Origin: Centroscyllium fabricii
Taxonomy: Eukaryota
Length of the DNA: 64,000 nucleotides
NCBI GenBank assembly: GCA_051313645.2
Contig: JBNRSN020000005.1
Span: 82,274,001 to 82,338,000 of the forward strand
Direction: 5' to 3'
Made by a program: the position numbers and the translations under genes
Notes under the pieces: generated by a model
What the model was told of the DNA's origin: nothing
Databases searched by the model: none
Seen by the model: the letters and a program-made list of their open reading frames with translations, nothing else
Part shown: positions 62,042 to 64,000 of the stretch, piece by piece
Layout: every line of letters starts with the position of its first letter
Numbering within the stretch: the stretch's first letter is position 1

Positions 62042-63349
62042 GGCACGATGTTGCTAGCCCTGGGGAGGCGGGCATGGAGTCGGGACTGCCGCGAAAATGG
62101 CAGAATCTGGGGGCGGGTACCCATCCCACACCCAAACCATCTCCATGCCATCTTCCCAGGAGGTGGGTCGCCAACCTATGCTGGGTCCCGTCTCCTGGAG
62201 GCAGGAAGGGAATTACAGCCACTTAACTGTCTATTAAAAGGTAGTTAACAGGCAGTTAAGAGGATTATCCCCATTTTTCCAGCTGAGGCGCAGGCTTCCC
62301 GACATCAGGAAACCCCGCCAGGGCCACCAAGGTGAGCAGTGGGTCTGCCAGAGTCGATGGGGTGCAAAAGTGTGCTGTGGAGGTAAGTGATGGGTGCAAA
62401 TGTGGAAAGGTAAGTATGTGTGGTGAGTGTGAAATGATAGAAAATGTTTACTTACCTTTGTTTCTTCCTGCAGGCTAAAACCATTGGGGATGCGGAAAGT
62501 CTCGCATCTCAATGGCAGAGATGACAGATGGCTGCTGCATTCTCCGATGCAACAACCATCTAATTTCTGCTCACAAAAGAGGTTTGATGAGTTTTGAATA
62601 CAAGGACTCATCTAACAACATGGAATGTCAGTGTTTGACAGCTTCACAGAGCTGTTAAACGATGACCATTCATCCGTCAAAGTGGGAGGCGGTGGCGTAG
62701 TGGTTATGTCACTAGACTAGTAAGCCAGAGGCTCAGTCAAATGCTCTGAGGATATGGGTTCAAATCCCACCACGGCAGCTGGTGGAATTTAAATTCAATT
62801 CAACTTAATTCTGGAATTAAATGTTAGTCTTAGTGATGGCGACCATGATACCATTGTCAATTGTTGCAAAAACCCATCTGGTTCACTAATGTCCTTTTAG
62901 GGAAGGAAATCTGCCGTCCTTACCTGGTCTGGCCTACCATGTGACTCCAGACCTACAGCAATGTGGTTGACTCTTAATGCCCTCTGAAATGGCCGAGCAA
63001 GCCACTCAGTTGTAAACAACCGCTACGATAAACAATAAGACTGCAGCGGTTCAAGAAGGTGGCTCACCACCAACTTCTCAAGGGCAATTAGGGATGGGCA
63101 CTAAATGCAGGCCTAGCCAGCCAGCGACGCCCGCATCCCATCAATGAATTTTAAAAAAAAAACAATTTTTGACAGATACGACGTCATACGCTGACGTTTT
63201 CTGTAACCAGCTTCCCCTTAATTGGCCTGCTGAGCCCGCTGGTCAGTCGAGGGAAAATAGCTTGGGTTGGTCAGGTTAATGGAGGTGGGACTAAAACCCG
63301 ACAAGCAGCAGTTCTGCCTCCAATGCATCCCCATTGACAAAAGTACCCC
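62042..63349. mobile_element. Harbinger-type MITE family B inserted in CR1
   Basis: Flanked by TTA (62039-62041, 63350-63352); blocks such as TTAATTGGCCTGCTGAGCC and TGTCAGTGTTTGACAGCTTCA are reverse-homologous to 54533-55333; TIRs degenerate. Confidence 0.8.
62684..63162 (+). mobile_element. Full-length tRNA-derived SINE with LINE-derived tail
   Basis: A box TGGCGTAGTGG (62693), B box GGTTCAAATCC (62757); tail encodes LQRFKKVAHHQLLKGN* of a LINE ORF2 end; terminal poly(A). Confidence 0.92.
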
Positions 63350-64000
63350 TTAGTGTCCTCCTCACAACTTGCTAACCCACCTATCTTTGTATCATCAGCA
63401 AATTTGGCTACAGTAGACTCAGTCCATTCATCCAAGTCATTAATATAGATTGTAAATAGTTGAGGCCCCAGCACTGATCCCTGTGGCACCCCACTAGTTA
63501 CTGATTGCCAACCTGAAAATGACCCATTTATCCCGACTCTTTTTTTGTTAGTTAGCCAATCCCCTATCCATGCCAATATATTGCTCCCCACTGAATTTTG
63601 CGGGAGGCGTTAGCAACACCGCACCTGGGCGCTAATTGCTTTGCGCCTCAGTAGCGCCCCTAACAGGAGGCGCAAAGCTATGGAATTTTTCCCCCTTTAT
63701 ATTTAAAAGTAAACTTTAGAGAAAATATTCTGTTAAATCCAATTGGCGAGCTATAATTAACTGATAAACTCAGAAATAATTGAATGGCCCATTTTACTTT
63801 AAGCCAAAATTTGGACTGACGTGACATTTTGATATTTGACCCTTCAGGTTAAACATTAATGACAAATGAAGGAATGTTTGGCTCCTGGTATGTTACGAGT
63901 TCATTGTGCACCTTTTAAACCTGTTTCATCTTTTTTGACCAAGCCCAAATCTCTACTGACAATACAAATATTGACAGCAGTTTGGAAGGCTATTGACTGT

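Larger units (their letters stand above)
61174..63582 (-). mobile_element. 5'-truncated CR1 LINE in two pieces (61174-62041 and 63353-63582)
   Basis: SGVPQGSVLGPQLFTIYINDLD...KFADDTKIGG in the distal piece continues into LSEWAKIWQMEY...LYRALVRLHLEYCVQFWSP in the proximal piece. Confidence 0.95.
60554..63695. mobile_element. Harbinger-type MITE family A, reversed and interrupted by nested insertions (own sequence 60554-61173 and 63583-63695)
   Basis: TIRs GGGGGGAAAATT / AATTTTTCCCCC, TSD TTT; both parts are collinear with the reverse complement of 34191-34894. Confidence 0.85.

Overview
AT-rich vertebrate non-coding DNA, most likely an intron or gene desert. The repeat content (HE1/V-SINEs, CR1, L2, Rex1/Babar, many Harbinger-type MITEs) points to a cartilaginous fish; this is inferred, not confirmed. 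I recognise no host exon, and nearly all long ORFs are transposon-derived or GC-rich shadow frames. The main feature is a full-length, decayed Ty3/Gypsy element (20765-25908) with 261-bp LTRs differing at 3 sites and an ACCAG target duplication. It has no tRNA-type primer-binding site. Instead, a 15-nt segment next to the 5' LTR is perfectly complementary to the LTR's own poly(A)-signal region, suggesting self-priming. It also has a YLDN RT motif and an array of YY1-like motifs between gag and protease. Other content includes PIF/Harbinger transposase and Myb-like gene remnants, at least three Harbinger-type MITE families with 3-bp TSDs (one with a dense promoter-like motif module), hAT and Tc1/mariner MITEs, a SINE subfamily that swapped its LINE-derived tail, and a four-level nested insertion at 60.5-63.7 kb. 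Several repeat-free blocks look like conserved non-coding elements but cannot be verified without alignment. Coordinates of old, decayed repeats are approximate.
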